A stretch of 32,000 nucleotides of DNA from Pirellula staleyi DSM 6068 (lineage in GTDB: Bacteria; Planctomycetota; Planctomycetia; Pirellulales; Pirellulaceae). Of the stretch, positions 23,826 through 32,000 are shown in pieces. The DNA is taken from contig CP001848.1 of NCBI GenBank assembly GCA_000025185.1, positions 2,280,001-2,312,000 on the forward strand, given 5' to 3'. Made by a program: the position numbers and the translations under genes. Each line of letters opens with the position of its first letter. Position 1 is the stretch's first letter. The notes beneath the pieces were generated by a model that saw only the letters and a program-made list of their open reading frames with translations, made no database searches and had not been told where the DNA came from.

Positions 23826-24719
23826 TCAGAAAAGCTTCTTCTCTTCTAGCGTCTTGGGAATTGGCAAAGAGGTGCCGATCTTTTGATTGAGCCGCGTCAG
23901 AAAATGAGCGGCCAGAGCTGGTGATTCCACTTCTTCATTTTGGTGGACGAAGAAGTAGAGCTTCTGCAAACCGGCCTTTTTCCACTTGGCAATCCGCTCG
24001 ACCCAGGCATACAGCCGCTCGCGATCCGACTCGGGATTGTTGGAGCCTACCCAGCGAACGAACGCCATCGGCGACGTCAGTCGCATATGCATCAGGTCGC
24101 GCCGGCCTGCGCTATCGACCAGCACATTCGTCACGCCGTGAGTTTCCAGCAGGTCATAAAGTTTGCTCGAAGTTTCCGCATCGCTGAACCACTTGGTGTG
24201 GCGAAGTTCGACCGCCAAGGGAACTTGATAGTTCCAGTCTTGAACAAACGCCTCCACACGATCGAAATCCTTGGGCGCGAAATTGTCGTGCATCTGCAGA
24301 AAGGTCATCTCCAGCTTGTCTTGCAAATGCGACATGCCAGCAACATTCTGCGCAACGATCTCCGACACATCCTTCAGGCGTTTGAGGTGCGAGATCGTTT
24401 GCTCAAGTTTGGGGAAGAACTTGAAATCTGCAGGGACCGTTTCGCTCCATTTTTCATAGGCTTCGGGAGAATAAAAGCGGTAGAACGTGGCATTCAACTC
24501 GATGGAGTTGAACTGCGACGAATAGTAAGCCAGTTCGTCCTTGGTTCCGCGTGGATAAAAATTCTTCAGGTCTTTCTTATTCCACTTGGCACACCCGACA
24601 TAGACCACCAGCTCCTGGTTCTTCTGTGCACGAGATTTGAGCAGTTTCAAAGCGTCTGGATGATCTGGTGGGATGGTGAAATCAATCGATCCAGGATCGG
24701 CAACTTTTCCAAACTGCAT
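23826..24719 (-). CDS. DUF72 (YecE/UPF0759) family protein
   Basis: 297 aa. VYVGCAKWNKKDLKNFYPRGTKDELAYYSSQFNSIELNATFYRF...WSETVPADFKFFPK...AVELRHTKWF matches the DUF72 pattern (G-x-x-W, FYP, YxxxFxxxExNxTFY). Confidence 0.85.
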   Translation of the reverse strand: MQFGKVADPGSIDFTIPPDHPDALKLLKSRAQKNQELVVYVGCAKWNKKDLKNFYPRGTKDELAYYSSQFNSIELNATFYRFYSPEAYEKWSETVPADFKFFPKLEQTISHLKRLKDVSEIVAQNVAGMSHLQDKLEMTFLQMHDNFAPKDFDRVEAFVQDWNYQVPLAVELRHTKWFSDAETSSKLYDLLETHGVTNVLVDSAGRRDLMHMRLTSPMAFVRWVGSNNPESDRERLYAWVERIAKWKKAGLQKLYFFVHQNEEVESPALAAHFLTRLNQKIGTSLPIPKTLEEKKLF

Positions 24720-24749
24720 GCTATCGACCTCGGTTGTCTAGGAAGCTGG

Positions 24750-25073
24750 CTACGATGACATTCTGACGGCACGCCCAAGCAGATCACACGCTTGGTGTCG
24801 GCCAGCAGGCGGTAGCAAGACGCTCGTCAAATACGCCTTTCGCCTCGTTTTCTGGGAGACGCCCCGGCTCGTGGCTCTTGGCATGTTGCACCATGCTTTG
24901 ATGAGCCAGGTGGCGTAGACGGAAGTATACCACTCGCGATCGCATCGCTGTAGCTTTGCGGTCCGGTCCGCGAATGCCTGCCGATACCACGCAAGTCCTT
25001 TTGAACTCGCGGCTTCAGTAAAGTCAGGGCGGCAGAAGGGCGTTTGAACTTTTGGGGGGCTCATATCGAGCAT
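24750..25073 (-). CDS. Hypothetical protein or gene remnant (doubtful)
   Basis: 107-aa ORF ending 30 nt upstream of, and co-oriented with, the DUF72 gene. The first ~60 residues look protein-like (GLAWYRQAFADRTAKLQRCDREWYTSVYATWLIKAW). The C-terminal half is basic and low-complexity. No family recognised. Confidence 0.25.
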   Translation of the reverse strand: MLDMSPPKVQTPFCRPDFTEAASSKGLAWYRQAFADRTAKLQRCDREWYTSVYATWLIKAWCNMPRATSRGVSQKTRRKAYLTSVLLPPAGRHQACDLLGRAVRMSS

Positions 25074-25245
25074 GGTCGATGCTGTTCATAGCAGTGGCCC
25101 AATCACTTGCGAATTAAGGACCGAAATCAGTCGCCTTCATCCGACCTGGGGCCATTTGCAATAAGCGATGAACCGGCAAATCGAATTTCGCGGTGGTGCC
25201 AGCGGCTTGCTTGCCGTCCATGCCGAGCCCGTGGTGGGGATCAGT

Positions 25246-26358
25246 TTACTTCTTGGTCGGGAAAACGGTCTTCCAGTCGTCCTTCATGCTCACGACGATC
25301 CAGCCCCGCTTCGGCGATTCGTCCAGGCCTTTGTCGAGTCGCGCGAGTCCCGCTTTTCGGTCGTAAGCGTACTCCCGCTCGCCATCGGTGTGATGGACGA
25401 TGAGTCCGAACCGCGCCCCTTTCCCGGTCGTGGTCCATTCGATCATTTCGAAATCGCCATCCGAGTTGCCGAAGGCCATGATCGGTCGCCGCCCGATAAA
25501 CTTGTTGATGGCCACAGGCTTGCCAGCTTTGTCGTCGTTGAAATCAAGCTCTGGCAATCGCACCAGGACGGGTTTGCCGTCGCGCCATTCGTACTTCGTC
25601 TTGATGCTGCTGCCGATGACTTGCTCGGGCGGAATGCCGTAGGCCTTCTCCATCCAGGGACGCATGAATTCAATCCCGCCGCCGGAGACGACGTACGTCT
25701 TGAAGCCATTGGCCCGCAGATAGGCGAGCACTTCGAGCATCGGCTGGTAGACAAGTTCCGTGTACGGCCGCTGGAACTGCGGGTGCTTCGCGGTGGTGAT
25801 CCAGTCCTTGACGAGGGTCTCGAATTCTTCCGTGGTCGTGCCTGCATGACTCGCCATCATCAGTTCGAGCAGTCCGCGCTCGCCGTTGGCGAAGATTGCT
25901 TTTATGTCGTCTTCGAGGGCACCTTTGAACGGCTGTTGCTCCTTCCACTCCGGGTGCATCGGGGCGAGAGCCTTGACTCGGTCGATGGCAAAATAGAGTT
26001 GGACGGGAAGCGGCATTTCGCACCAAAGCGTGCCGTCGTTGTCGAACGTGGCGATGCGCTCCGCGACCGGAACGAAGTCCGGCGAGCCTTCCTTCGTTAC
26101 TTTCGTCACGAAGTCAATGATCGACTGTTTAGACGCAGTGTCATTCCACGATGGTAGCGGATCAGCGAGGGCTGAAGTCCACTGTGGTTTCTGGGGCGTG
26201 CCGCAGTCGCCAAGTTGGTCGACTGCGACAGTACGATTCTTGAAGGTGAATGACTTAAAACTGAACGACTTGAAACTCTGCCCTAGCACAAGCATGGGGC
26301 AGAGAAGGACAACGCCGCAGATCACGGAGGCGAGAAACGAAGAGCGGAGCGTTGTCAT
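25246..26358 (-). CDS. Secreted HAD-superfamily hydrolase (phosphatase-like)
   Basis: 370 aa. Signal peptide LASVICGVVLLCPMLVLG|QS. HAD motif I as ATFDNDGTLWCEMP (DxDGT). Later YVVSGG and a C-terminal FGNSDGD motif. It lies 79 nt downstream of, and is co-oriented with, the sulfatase gene. Confidence 0.8.
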   Translation of the reverse strand: MTTLRSSFLASVICGVVLLCPMLVLGQSFKSFSFKSFTFKNRTVAVDQLGDCGTPQKPQWTSALADPLPSWNDTASKQSIIDFVTKVTKEGSPDFVPVAERIATFDNDGTLWCEMPLPVQLYFAIDRVKALAPMHPEWKEQQPFKGALEDDIKAIFANGERGLLELMMASHAGTTTEEFETLVKDWITTAKHPQFQRPYTELVYQPMLEVLAYLRANGFKTYVVSGGGIEFMRPWMEKAYGIPPEQVIGSSIKTKYEWRDGKPVLVRLPELDFNDDKAGKPVAINKFIGRRPIMAFGNSDGDFEMIEWTTTGKGARFGLIVHHTDGEREYAYDRKAGLARLDKGLDESPKRGWIVVSMKDDWKTVFPTKK

Positions 26359-26437
26359 CGCGAACTATCTCAAGTCGGTATGTTGCGGGAAAAGGAGCGG
26401 CCGGGCGAGATGCCCGACCGCTGAAGTACACAGCGAC

Positions 26438-28027
26438 CTACTTCGTGGGGGCTTCCTTCAGCTTCTCCATCACTTCCTCGAGATTGAAGCTCGCGGCCTT
26501 TTGACGCTGCGGGTACTCCTTGAAGGTCAGCAGGAACTTGCCGACGTAGTCCTGCGCCGGTACCAGCAAGAAGGCATGATCTATCAGCCAGTCGTAATAG
26601 GTGTTCGACGTGATGTCCGCCCGTTCGTAGGGATCGAGCCGAAGGTTGAAGATCTTCGGGACGCGGAGCGTGGTGAAGGGTTCCGACCAGACTCGTAAGG
26701 TTCCGGTCGCCCGCTGTTCCATGAACACCAACTTCCAATTGTCATAGCGCAAGCCGACCAATTGCTGATCGTCGTTGCAGTACAGAAACGACTCGCGCGG
26801 GCTCTTCTCCTCTTGGCCTGTGAGATGAGGCACGAGGTTGTATCCATCCGGATGAACCTTGTAGGTCATGTCGCCGATCTTGTAGCCCTTGAGCAGTTTG
26901 TCGGTGACTTGCTCGTCGCCAGCTATCGCCAGCAGTGTTGGCAGCCAGTCATGATGGCCGACGATTTGATTGGAGACAGAACCCGGCTTGATCTTGTTGG
27001 GCCAACGGACCGCACAGGGGACCCGATAGGCACCTTCCCAGTTCGAGTTCTTCTCGTTGCGAAACGGCGTCATGGCAGCATCCGGCCAGCTATTCATGTG
27101 CGGACCGTTGTCGGTGCTGTACATCACAAATGTGTTGTCCGCGATGCCGGCGTCGTCGATGGCCTTGAGCACCGTCCCGACATTCTTGTCATGGTCGATC
27201 ATGGCATCGGCGTACTCGCTCATCCAGCGGCCCGATTGGCCCTTGCTCTCCGGCTTCACATGCGTGCGAAAGTGCATGTGAGTGAAATTTACCCAGATAA
27301 AGAACGGCTTATCCGCTTTCGACTGCCGCTGGATGTAATCCACAGCGCGACTGGCGACGTCGTCGTCGATTGTTTCCATCCGCTTTTTGGTCAGTGGACC
27401 GGTGTCCTTGATGATCTGCTTACCGACTTTGCCAAACCGCGCGTCCACAGTGGGATCGTCTCGGTCGCTGGCCTTGCAGTCCAGCACGCCGCGCGGACCA
27501 TACTTCGCCCGGAAAGCGGGATCCTTCGGGTAGTCGGCGTGTTCAGGCTCTTCCTCGGCATTGAGGTGATAGAGGTTGCCGTAGAACTCGTCGAACCCAT
27601 GCACGGTCGGCAGGAACTCGTTGCGATCGCCGAGATGGTTCTTGCCGAATTGGCCGGTGGCGTAGCCAAGTGGCTTCAGCAATTCGGCGATGGTTGGATC
27701 TTCTTTCCGCAGGCCCAAAGCTGCACCAGGCAATCCAACCTTGGTAAGTCCCGTGCGCAAACCATGCTGACCGGTGATAAACGAAGCGCGACCCGCCGTG
27801 CAGCTTTGCTCCGCATAGTAGTCGGTGAACATCATGCCTTCCCTGGCCAGACGGTCGATGTGGGGCGTCTTGTAACCCATCACCCCATGCGAATAGGCGC
27901 TGATGTTCGACTGACCGACGTCATCTCCCCAAATGATCACGATGTTGGGGCGTTTAATCTGAGCCTGCGCCGATGCAACGAGGCTTAAGGCCAGCCCGAG
28001 GGCCAAGATGAAGATTCTGAATTTCAT
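26438..28027 (-). CDS. Secreted arylsulfatase (formylglycine-dependent sulfatase family)
   Basis: 529 aa. Signal peptide MKFRIFILALGLALSLVASAQA. PNIVIIWGDDVG, then the sulfatase signature SCTAGRASFITGQ ((C/S)-x-(P/A)-x-R). Confidence 0.9.
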   Translation of the reverse strand: MKFRIFILALGLALSLVASAQAQIKRPNIVIIWGDDVGQSNISAYSHGVMGYKTPHIDRLAREGMMFTDYYAEQSCTAGRASFITGQHGLRTGLTKVGLPGAALGLRKEDPTIAELLKPLGYATGQFGKNHLGDRNEFLPTVHGFDEFYGNLYHLNAEEEPEHADYPKDPAFRAKYGPRGVLDCKASDRDDPTVDARFGKVGKQIIKDTGPLTKKRMETIDDDVASRAVDYIQRQSKADKPFFIWVNFTHMHFRTHVKPESKGQSGRWMSEYADAMIDHDKNVGTVLKAIDDAGIADNTFVMYSTDNGPHMNSWPDAAMTPFRNEKNSNWEGAYRVPCAVRWPNKIKPGSVSNQIVGHHDWLPTLLAIAGDEQVTDKLLKGYKIGDMTYKVHPDGYNLVPHLTGQEEKSPRESFLYCNDDQQLVGLRYDNWKLVFMEQRATGTLRVWSEPFTTLRVPKIFNLRLDPYERADITSNTYYDWLIDHAFLLVPAQDYVGKFLLTFKEYPQRQKAASFNLEEVMEKLKEAPTK

Positions 28028-28817
28028 AGCGAGCGGACTTCCTTACTGTTTTGAATACGACAACGATGAATTGCAATATTTGCCGGTTGCTGGAGTTGAC
28101 ATTGCCGACGGCACCAGGATGTCGCCCGAATTGACCGCAAACGAATCCGACAACCAACGGTCCGGACGTCTGCACCACCCAGCCGTAGAGGCTTCGGTTT
28201 CCCGATAAGGCAGGCGAGCTCGGATCAGCCTGCCTCTCCCTGGATTAGCAAATCATACGCCGAATATGCACGATTGCCGCAGAAACACCACGAATGACGT
28301 TGGGCAGTGAGACGACATGCGACATTTTCGCATAGCGGGCTGGGCGATTACGCTCGGTTTTTGCTCGGCCGCACTCGTTCGAAGCGACCGGGGGCAACAC
28401 GTGTCCGATGCCTGTGTTGCACTTGGGTGTCTTTTCCTAGGTGTCGATTGCCGAGTGCATCGGAAATAGGTCTGATCTTGGGTCTGCACTTGGATGTAGT
28501 AATCGACGATACCCCACAAGGTAACGACCAGGGACTAACGCCTGGGTGCCATGGTAGAATTGCCCGCAGCCGACTTCTCCATTCGCCAAGGTGTCTTACT
28601 TTTGGCAGTCGGCGCCCTAGTTCTTCGGGCCAATACCGACAAGTTGTTGCTCAGACGCGGCTTAACCTCGTGTGGTTTGGCATAAGCCTTGCTGTGAAAA
28701 AACTGATAAAAACACCGATTCTGGTACGATTCAGCAACGCTAATTCCAATTGCGTGAATGTATGATTGCCGAATCCAAAAGCTGGTTGCTCTCTCCGATT
28801 ACGAAAGAATAGTTTCC

Positions 28818-31172
28818 ATGCAACGCATTCAAACGATGCTCTTCCTGAGCGTGTTGGCATTCGTGGGGAGCCTACTGGCTTTCGCTCAGCAACCGGCCAG
28901 CGAGCCGGAGCGTACTGTTCTACCGATTCCCGAGCCCAAGCACCCTCCGATTACCGAGATCGACGCCCGCAAGGCGAAAGCCCCGCCGCCATTCCAGGTC
29001 AAAGCCCCGAAGGGCGCTCCGAACGTGGTTATCGTGCTGATCGATGACATGGGCTTCGGTCAACCCAGCGCTTTCGGCGGACCGGTGAACATGCCGACGG
29101 CGGAGAAACTCGCGAAAAACGGGCTCAAGTACAACCGGTTCCATACCACAGCAGTTTGCTCGCCAACCCGAATGGCCCTGCTGACAGGGCGCAATCACCA
29201 CTCTTGCAACATGGGATCGATCACGGAGACGGCAACCGCATTCCCCGGTCAGACGGGGGTTCGACCGCAAAACATCGCCCCTCTCGCCGAGATGCTGCGA
29301 CTGAATGGCTACAGCACTGCCATGTTCGGCAAGTGCCACGAGACTCCGCCCTGGGAAATCAGCCCGTCCGGCCCGTTCGACCGCTGGCCTACTCGCAGCG
29401 GGTTCGACAAGTTCTACGGCTTCATGGGGGGCGAAACGAATCAATACTACCCGGGCATTTACGACGGCGTTGCCAGGGTGGAAGTGCCGCGCGACCCGAA
29501 CTATCACTTCACGACTGACATGACCAACCAGGCCATCGCCTGGACGCAGTACCAGAAATCCCTCACACCGGACAAACCGTTTTTCGTCTACTACGCCCCG
29601 GGGGCCACGCACGCGCCGCATCAGGCCCCGAAGGAGTACATCGACAAGTACAAGGGCAAGTTCGATCAAGGCTGGGATAAACAACGCGAGATCACCCTCG
29701 CGAACCAGAAAAAACTTGGGGTGGTGCCAGTGGGTACCAAACTGGCCTCCAAGCCCGATGCGATCAAGGATTGGGACCAGCTGACGCCCGACCAGAAGAA
29801 GCTGTTCGCCCGGCAGATGGAAGTGTTTGCTGGTTTCGGCGAACATACCGACCATGAGGTCGGCCGCCTCGTCGCAGCGATTGAAGGGATGGGCGAGATG
29901 GACAACACCCTGTTCATCTACATCCTGGGCGACAACGGCGCAAGTGCCGAAGGGGGCATGGTCGGGTTGTTCAATGAAATGAACTACTTCAACCAAGTGC
30001 CTGAAAAGCTCGAAGACATTTTAAAGAGGATCGACGAACTGGGAGGGCGTAATTCGTATGGACATTACGCAGCCGGATGGGCCGTAGCTGGCGACACCCC
30101 ATTTACCTGGACCAAGCAAGTGGCATCAAGCTTTGGTGGCACTCGCAATGGGATGATTGTTCATTGGCCGAAAGGGATTAAATCGAAGAATGAGGTGCGC
30201 AGCCAGTTCCACCATGTCATCGATATCGCCCCTACCGTGCTCGAAGCCTGCGGTTTGCCCGAACCACAAGAGGTTAATGGTTTCAAGCAGCGTCCCATCG
30301 AAGGGGTGAGCATGGCCTATTCGTTCGAAGACGCGCAGGCAAAGGAACGGCACACAACACAGTACTTCGAAATCTTCTGCAATCGGGCAATCTACCACGA
30401 CGGGTGGGTGGCCGGGACCGTGCATAAGGCCCCCTGGGAGCCTAAGCCTCGCGTCGATTCCTTCGATGACGACCGATGGGAACTTTACAACGTGGCCGAG
30501 GACTTTAGCCAGTCAACGGACTTGGCGCAGAAGTACCCGGAGAAGTTGAAGGATCTCCAAGCTCTCTTCCTTAAAGAGGCGGAGGAGTTCCAAGTGCTAC
30601 CACTGGACGATCGCCTGTTCGAGCGGTTCATCGCCTCGTTGGTGGGCCGTCCCGACCTTATGGAAGGTCGCACCTCGATGACCCTTCACGAGGGGATGAC
30701 TGGCATGATGGATAACGTGTTCATCAACGTGAAAAACCGGTCGCACACAATCACCGCTGAGTTAGAAATTCCCCAGGGTGGGACCGAGGGGGTGATCATC
30801 TGCCAAGGGGGCCGGTTCGGTGGGTGGAGCCTCTACACCAAAAGCGGAAAGTTGAACTACACATACAATTGGGTTGGCCTAGAACAGTACCAAATCACCA
30901 CGGACAAGCCGCTACCCACCGGCAAGGTGATGGTCAGGTTCGAGTTCGTTTACGATGGTGGTGGGCTCGGCAAAGGGGGGAAGGGGACTCTGTTCGTAAA
31001 CGAAGAAAAAGTCGCCGAGAAACGGATCGAGCACACTGCGAGTGTCATTTTCTCACCCGACGAGACAGCGGACGTCGGTGTGGACGAGGCCACCAACGTG
31101 ACCAACGACTATCAGGAGCGGGACAACAAGTTCACCGGCAAGATCGAAAAAGTGATTGTTCGTCTTCAGTAG
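28818..31172 (+). CDS. atsA: Large secreted arylsulfatase (AtsA-like, ~780-aa class with C-terminal beta domain)
   Basis: PNVVIVLIDDMGFGQPSAFGGPVNMPTAEKLAKNGLKYNRFHTTAVCSPTRMALLTGRNHH carries the CSPTR formylglycine motif. The track ORF starts at 28758. The ATG at 28818 gives a clean signal peptide (MQRIQTMLFLSVLAFVGSLLAFA|QQ) and is preferred. Confidence 0.9.
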   Translation: MQRIQTMLFLSVLAFVGSLLAFAQQPASEPERTVLPIPEPKHPPITEIDARKAKAPPPFQVKAPKGAPNVVIVLIDDMGFGQPSAFGGPVNMPTAEKLAKNGLKYNRFHTTAVCSPTRMALLTGRNHHSCNMGSITETATAFPGQTGVRPQNIAPLAEMLRLNGYSTAMFGKCHETPPWEISPSGPFDRWPTRSGFDKFYGFMGGETNQYYPGIYDGVARVEVPRDPNYHFTTDMTNQAIAWTQYQKSLTPDKPFFVYYAPGATHAPHQAPKEYIDKYKGKFDQGWDKQREITLANQKKLGVVPVGTKLASKPDAIKDWDQLTPDQKKLFARQMEVFAGFGEHTDHEVGRLVAAIEGMGEMDNTLFIYILGDNGASAEGGMVGLFNEMNYFNQVPEKLEDILKRIDELGGRNSYGHYAAGWAVAGDTPFTWTKQVASSFGGTRNGMIVHWPKGIKSKNEVRSQFHHVIDIAPTVLEACGLPEPQEVNGFKQRPIEGVSMAYSFEDAQAKERHTTQYFEIFCNRAIYHDGWVAGTVHKAPWEPKPRVDSFDDDRWELYNVAEDFSQSTDLAQKYPEKLKDLQALFLKEAEEFQVLPLDDRLFERFIASLVGRPDLMEGRTSMTLHEGMTGMMDNVFINVKNRSHTITAELEIPQGGTEGVIICQGGRFGGWSLYTKSGKLNYTYNWVGLEQYQITTDKPLPTGKVMVRFEFVYDGGGLGKGGKGTLFVNEEKVAEKRIEHTASVIFSPDETADVGVDEATNVTNDYQERDNKFTGKIEKVIVRLQ

Positions 31173-31267
31173 TGAGGCAGTTCCGGTTCTGTTTAGTTGA
31201 TTTCGCAGGGGCTTTGGATTGGGCCCGAGTGATTTTCGAAGTAGGCAAGCCGATGCTTAGCCTGTAT

Positions 31268-32000
31268 CTAGATGTCCGACCAGGAATCGGGCGCCAATGT
31301 CTCGCAGCATGCGCCGCGGCCAAACCGCCAGGTTAACCCCAGGCCGATCCAATAGCTTTCGATGGACGAAGTAGTGAAATTGCCGAGTTGCTCCGTGTCG
31401 CGGAACATCCCGCCAGCCATCATATCCATGTCAATGCCGGGCAGCACATCGGTTACTCCAATACCAAAAGAGATGCGGTGTTGGCTGGTAATGGCTAGTA
31501 GGCCCTGTGTGTATCGTACGGCGGCCAAATCGCCGGGCTGTACGACGCCGCCGATATTGGCTCCCGGCGTATTGTCAATGGGATTCTCTGCCCAAGTGTA
31601 GCCGGTGCGAAATCGGTAGCGACCGTGCGTGAACTGTGCTCCGAGTTGCACAATCAATTGGTTGTCGTAGACAGCCTGATACATGTCGGCTTGATCCCAC
31701 AGCTTGTAAACAACATCCACCCCGAGCAGCAGACGTCCATCTATCATCGAGTTATTGGCCACACCAATCCCAATGTTCTGCGGAAGATCCATTTCCACGT
31801 CCGCGGAAGTTTGCCCCACGCCCGGATTTAGCAAAAAGGCGTTGTCGAATTCATAGGACTGAGCCGTCTGGTAATAGCCACCGATTGTCGTGCTATCCGT
31901 GAGCAAATAATTCATTCCAAGAGTCCCTCGCAAAGCGTAGTCGGAGGTCATTCCGCCAACGCCGACGAATGGGCCGTCAAAAAATGCAATCCCCAGCGAC
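31268..32000 (-). CDS. Outer-membrane beta-barrel protein, FadL/OmpP1/TodX-like (5' end outside the window)
   Basis: Alternating beta-strand pattern with Gly/aromatic girdles: LIVQLGAQFTHGRYRFRTGYTWAENPI...HRISFGIGVTDVLPGIDMDMMAGGMF...YWIGLGLTWRF. The frame stays open upstream of the track Met (31951) to the window edge (...SLGIAFFDGPFVGVGGMTSDY), so the gene is truncated by the window. Confidence 0.6.
   Translation of the reverse strand, partial: SLGIAFFDGPFVGVGGMTSDYALRGTLGMNYLLTDSTTIGGYYQTAQSYEFDNAFLLNPGVGQTSADVEMDLPQNIGIGVANNSMIDGRLLLGVDVVYKLWDQADMYQAVYDNQLIVQLGAQFTHGRYRFRTGYTWAENPIDNTPGANIGGVVQPGDLAAVRYTQGLLAITSQHRISFGIGVTDVLPGIDMDMMAGGMFRDTEQLGNFTTSSIESYWIGLGLTWRFGRGACCETLAPDSWSDI

Noticed and set aside
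23940-24758. 272-aa plus-strand ORF
   Set aside because: It is antisense to the DUF72 gene, whose frame shows the family motifs.
25168-26157. 329-aa plus-strand ORF
   Set aside because: It is antisense to the HAD hydrolase gene, which has a signal peptide and the DxDGT motif. The plus frame has no motif.
26235-26285. SFKSFSFKSFTFK micro-repeat after the HAD signal peptide
   Set aside because: It is a short low-complexity linker of one protein. No independent DNA-level significance is evident.
26762-27988. 408-aa plus-strand ORF
   Set aside because: It is antisense to sulfatase 26438-28027, which carries the CTAGR signature.
26438-28027. CTAGR instead of CxPxR as an aberrant sulfatase active site
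   Set aside because: The accepted signature allows Ala at that position ((C/S)-x-(P/A)-x-R), so this is within the normal range.
28920-29996. 358-aa minus-strand ORF
   Set aside because: It is antisense to the AtsA-like sulfatase, which carries the CSPTR signature.

Overview
GC-rich bacterial chromosomal segment. The gene content (secreted formylglycine-type sulfatases, ~1,750-aa single-pass membrane proteins, long antisense shadow ORFs) suggests Planctomycetota, Pirellulales-like; this is inference and cannot be verified here. The left two thirds (~1.4-20.3 kb) look accessory and are organised around type VI secretion spike parts. A PAAR protein and a Zn-ribbon SAM-methyltransferase form a minus-strand operon diverging from a 1,793-aa membrane-anchored protein. 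Then follow a Cys-rich HEAT lipoprotein, a paralogous 1,740-aa membrane-anchored vWA protein, a ~1.1-kb mostly non-coding leader with a 67-codon acidic ORF, a canonical VgrG, an FHA protein with an unassigned C-terminal domain, and a tail-anchored Hanks Ser/Thr kinase. Both giant proteins carry a caspase-fold-like module whose His/Cys dyad positions are substituted. No T6SS sheath, tube, baseplate, membrane-complex or ClpV gene, adaptor, or toxin-immunity pair is recognisable in the window. This locus is my candidate for a novel system. Next is a BacNaV-type voltage-gated channel with a Ca-channel-like TLEGW filter. The right third (~21.5-32 kb) is ordinary: a YqjM/NamA-type old yellow enzyme, DUF72, a secreted HAD hydrolase, two arylsulfatases and a window-truncated FadL-like outer-membrane barrel. 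No rRNA, tRNA, CRISPR array, transposase or integrase was recognised.
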